A stretch of DNA of 64,000 bases from the human T2T-CHM13v2.0 reference genome, Homo sapiens. The position numbers and the translations under genes were made by a program. This document shows positions 59,450-64,000 of this stretch, in pieces; position 1 is the stretch's first letter; every line of letters begins with the position of its first letter. The notes under the pieces are model-generated. The model did not search any database. It was not told the origin of the DNA and worked only from the letters and a program-made list of their open reading frames with translations. The stretch lies in NCBI RefSeq assembly GCF_009914755.1, contig NC_060931.1; one strand, given 5' to 3'.

Positions 59450-62400
59450 TGGGGATTCTGGGCAAGAGGGCTGACTAGAAGCAGCTAATATGCACCAATT
59501 TCAAGGAGAGAAGACAGTGTGATCAGTAAACACTAGCTCTTCAACTAGATCATCCAAGAGTAAACTTCGGAATTCATGAAGAAAACAACACAACCCACAG
59601 AGAATGGAGAAGCGTGAGATATGACAATTGCCCACCCGGAGTGGTACAGAGCCAGGGGAGGCCCCCACTTCGGGAAAATGGTCAGTGAGTGAGGGTCCCT
59701 GGGGACCACACTTCTGCCATGGACCCCTTTGCAATCCTGGGCACAGGAAATACCCTAGGACCCCTCCACCCATGGGAGAGACCACCTTGACTGTGGACTA
59801 ATGAAGACCCCCAGCATAGCAGAGCTGCCTTACAGAAAAGTGGCCAGACTGTTTTCCATGAGGGTCCCCACCCCTGCTACTCCTCACAGGGCAAGGCCTC
59901 CTGACCTAGGATCTCAGAAACACCCAACCTGGGCTTTCGGCCTGTTGCAGCTCTGCGTTTTCTTGGAACAGAGCTCCCAGGGGTAACAGGCAGGCCTGCA
60001 AATTTTGCAGCTCCACAGTCCTCATTCCTGCTGCTCTCAGGATTGGGAGGGTAGTGCAGGGATTAGGGACTATCATGGGCCCCCAGCACAGCACAGCTGC
60101 CTTACCAACAAACAGTCAGATGGTTTTCTGCATGGGTCCCTGGCCCTGCTACTCCTCACTGGGCAGGGGGCTTTTTGAGGTGTGCCTGCAGCATAACTAC
60201 ACTGCCCGCACCTGAATACTTCAGTCAGTGGCAGCTCTGCGTTTCTCTGAAGAAAAAAATCACAGAGACATCCACAGCCCCTCTGTCATTGCAGCTGCAG
60301 TAGTACTGCCCTTACTGCCTTCAGGCTGGGGAAGGAACAAAGGGCCTGGTTGATATGCCGGCACCTCCAGCATGCCACAGCCACCCTATGAAAAGGAGCT
60401 CAGTCTTTCTTCCCTGTGAGTCCTCACCCCCAACTCTTCACCAGGCAGGGCCCCTGGCTCGGGACCACAGAACAGCTGCCCCACCCCAGGCTAAGCATTC
60501 TTACTGGTAGTTGCTCTGGGTTTCCCAGGGATGGAGCTCTCAGAAGAAACCAACAGCTTCTCCGCTATGGCTCCTGCAGTGGTTCTGCCCTTGCTGCCCC
60601 AGGACTGGGAAAGGAGCAAAGAGTTTGAGGGCTTTACTCACATTTCCAGCATGCCACAGTCACCATACAGATAGGAGTATAGTCACCCCTTCCTGTGAGC
60701 CTTGACCCCCAGCTTTTCACCAAGCAGGGTCCCTGGATGAATATTCAGCCACACCCAGCTGAACATTCCCGTTAGCAGGATCCTTGTATTTCTTTGAGGT
60801 GAAGCTCCAAGAGGCAACTGAAAACTCCTCTGCCACTGTAACTGCAGTGGTACTTCCTTTGCTGCCTTCAGACTGGGAAAGGAACAAAGACCATGAGTGC
60901 TTTAACCACACCTCCAATAAACCATGGCTGCCCTAAAGAGAAGAGGCCAGTCTGTCTCCCCAGGTCCCCTGGTCCCCACTGCTTGTCATTGGGCAGGGAC
61001 TCCTGGCTTGAATCCACAACACAGCTGCCCCACCCAGGGCTGATTGTACCAACTGGTAGTGGCTCTGCATATCTCTGCAGTGGAGCCCCAAGAAACAAGT
61101 GAAAGTCCTGCTGCCACAACCATTGCCAAGGTCCCATCTCTTGCTTCCTCCAAGCTGGGGAGGGAACATAAAGCCTGAGCTTACCCCAGGGCTGCAGTGT
61201 GGATCCTGGGCATGCCAAGCTAAGATCTACAGCCAGCATTCTGGAGGAGCTGACACTTTCAGATCACTAAGAGGGAGCACAGATACAATTGGGAGGAAGT
61301 ACAGAGGTTCCACATGGCTGAGCAAGAGCCTACCTACTGGCCATTATGCTTAAGCACCATCTACTGAGTCATAGCCCAAACTTCATCACCAAAAACATTT
61401 TGCTAATATACCCACCTGTGAAACCAAGGACAAAAATTAGAATTCAGCTACAAATAAAGACCCTGCACAAAGGTCTTGGCCTTCTGAAAACATCCAGAAA
61501 AGAAGTCAACTGACGATATTCAAATTATACCACAGTTAAAGGAATATCAGCCTACACAAATGAGAAAGGACCTGACCCGTAGAAGAACTCTGGCAATTCA
61601 AAAAGCCAGAGTTTCTCCTTTCCTCCAATTGATTGTGCTGGTTCCATAGCAAAGGTTCTTAACCAGACTGAAAGTACTGAAATGACAGACATAGAATTCA
61701 GATATGGATAGAAATGAAAAGCATCAAGATTCAGGAGAAAGTCAAAATTTTATTCTAATCCAAGGAATCTAAGGATTGCAGCAAAACAATACAGGAGCTG
61801 AAAGATGAAATGGCCATTATAAGGAAGAACCAAATGGATCTGATAGAACTGAAAAAACACACTACAAAAACTTCATAATAAAATCACAATTATTGTATTA
61901 GTTTGTTCTTACACTGCTACAGAGAACTGCCTATGACTGGGTATATTATAATGCAAAGAGGTTTAATTGCCTCAGAGTTCCACAGGGCTGGCAAGGTCTC
62001 AGGAAAGTTATAATTATGGTTGAAGGAGAAGTAAACATGTCCTTCTTCACACGGTAGCAGGAAGTAGAATGAGAACTGAGTGAAGGGGGAAGCTCCTTAT
62101 AAAACCATCAGATGTTATGAGAACTTACCACTGTCACGGGAACAGCATGGGGAAAACTTCCCCCATGATTCAGTTGCCTCCCACCAGGTCCCTCCCACCA
62201 GACATGGGATTATGGGAACTATAATTCAAGATGAGGTTTGGGTGGGAACCCAGCCAATCCATATCATTCCACCACACCCAAATCTCATGTCCTCACATTT
62301 CATGCCTTTCCAACAGTCTCCAAAAGTCTTAGCTCATTCCAGCATTAACCTGAAAGTTGAAGTCCAAAGTCTCATCTGAGACAAGGGCAAGTCTTTTCCA

Positions 62401-64000
62401 CTTAAAAGCCTGCAAAATCAAAAGCAAGTTAGTTACTTCCTAGATACAGTGGAGGTTCAGCCATTGGGTAAATACACCTGTTCCAAATGGGAAAAAGTGG
62501 CCAAAACAAAGGGGCTACAGGTCTCATGCAAGTCTGAAATCCAACAAGGCAGTTATTAAATCTTAAAGACCCAAAATAATCTCCTTTGATTTCATGCCTC
62601 ACATTCAGGTCATGCTGATGCAAGAGGTGGGCTCCCATAGTCTTGGGGTCCAAATCTCAATTCTTGACTTCTGTGTACCAGAAGGCTCAACAACAAGTAG
62701 AAGCTGCCAAAGCTTGGGGCTTGCACCCTCTAAAGCCATGGCCCAAGCTATACCTTGGCCCCTTTTAGCCATGGCTGCAGCAGCTGGAATGCAGGGCACC
62801 AAGTTGCTAGGCTGCACACAGCGGGGGGACCCTGGGCCCGTAAAGCCATTTTTTTCCTCCTAGACTTCTGGATCTGTCATGGGAGGGGCTGCCACAAAGG
62901 TCTCTGACATGCCCTGGAGATATTTTCCACATTATCTTGGTGATTAATATTTCTCTCCTCATTACTTGTGTAAATTTCTGCAACCAGCTTGAATTTCTCC
63001 CCAGAAAATGGTTTTTCTTTCCTATTTAGTTATTGGGCTGCAAATTTTCCAAACTTTTATGCCCTGCTCCCTCTTGAACATTTTGCCACTTAGAAATTTC
63101 TTCTGCTAGATACCTTAAGTCATCTCTCTCAAGTTCAAAGTTCCAAAGATCTCTGGGGAAGGGGCAAAATGCCACCAGTCTCTTTATTAAATCATGACAA
63201 GAGTCACCTTTGCTCCAGTTCCCAACAAGTTCCTCATCTCTATCTGAGACCACCTCAGCCTGAACTTTATTGTCCCTATCACTATCAGCATTTTGGTCAA
63301 AGCCATTCAGCAAGTCTCTAGGAAACTCCACACTTTCCCACATTTTCCTGTTTTCTTCCAAGCCCTCCACAGTGTTCCAACCTCTGCCGGTTACCCATTT
63401 CCAAAGTCACTTCCACATTTTCGGGTATCCTTATAGCAGCACCCCACTCTACCAGTACCAATTTACTGTATTAGTCCATTCTCATGCTGCTATAAAGAAC
63501 TGCTCAAGACTGGGTAAATTATAAAGGAAGGAGGTTTAATTGACCACAGTTCCTCAGGGTTCGCAAGGCCTCAGGAAACCTACAATTATGGTGGAAGGGG
63601 AAGCAAATGCCCTACTTCACATGGTGGCAGGAAGGAGAAGAATGAGAACCAAATGAGGGAGAAGCCCCTTATAAAACCATCAGATCTTGTGAGAACTTAC
63701 TATCATGAGAATAGCATGGGGGAAACTGCCCTGTGATTCAATTACTTCCCACTAGGTCACTCCCACCATACATGGAGATTATAGGAACTACAATTTAGGA
63801 TGAGATTTGGGTGGGAACACAGCCAAACCATATCAAGTATTAACAGCAGAATTAACCAAGCTGAGGAAAGACTCTCAGAGCTCAAAGACTGGTTCTCCAA
63901 AATACAGTTAGACAAAAATAAAGAAAAAATTAAAAAATGAACAAAACATTCAAGAGATATGAGGTTATATAAAGAGAACACATTTTCAACTCATTGGCAT
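59450..64000 (+). mobile_element. Old primate L1 (L1PA13-16/L1PB-like) 5'UTR with tandem monomers and decayed ORF1, interrupted by THE1
   Basis: GC-richer 5'UTR with ~280-bp monomers; ORF1-like A-rich sequence continues on both sides of THE1. Confidence 0.72.
61894..63835 (-). mobile_element. THE1-type MaLR provirus: LTR 61894-62266, internal region (partly deleted), LTR 63467-63835
   Basis: Two similar LTRs, TSD ATTAT/AGTAT, MaLR internal ORF remnant 63026..63370 (MWESVEFPRDLLNGFDQNAD). Confidence 0.9.

Overview
Hominoid (most likely human chromosome 7 segmental-duplication) genomic DNA made of two very different blocks. Left block (1 to ~22.0 kb, GC-richer, Alu-dense): a complete minus-strand Speedy/RINGO E-family gene. 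Its 7 coding exons have canonical GT-AG junctions and splice to an intact 352-aa protein, which from memory best matches SPDYE16, although the paralogs are near-identical. Upstream are Alu-interrupted ERV1 LTRs and a divergent CpG-island promoter with the first exons of an RBAK-like KRAB-ZNF gene (MNTLQ exon), truncated before the KRAB exon. Right block (~22.26 kb to end, AT-rich, no recognisable host coding exons): Tigger1, a full-length inactive L1PA3/4 with a 3' transduction, old L1M/L2/MIR/MER21/MLT pieces, and a two-LTR THE1 element nested in an old L1 5' end. The blocks are joined by a 243-bp internal L1 ORF2 fragment that matches, in inverted orientation, 242/243 bp of the L1 10 kb downstream. 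I found no CRISPR arrays, rRNA or tRNA genes, and no wholly new multi-gene system. The notable signals are rearrangement and retrotransposition footprints: the junction insert, promoter capture, L1 transduction, Alu-Alu conversion, a twin-primed Alu and modular SPDYE exon duplication. Locus names and repeat subfamilies are from recognition and memory, not database searches, and repeat boundaries are approximate.
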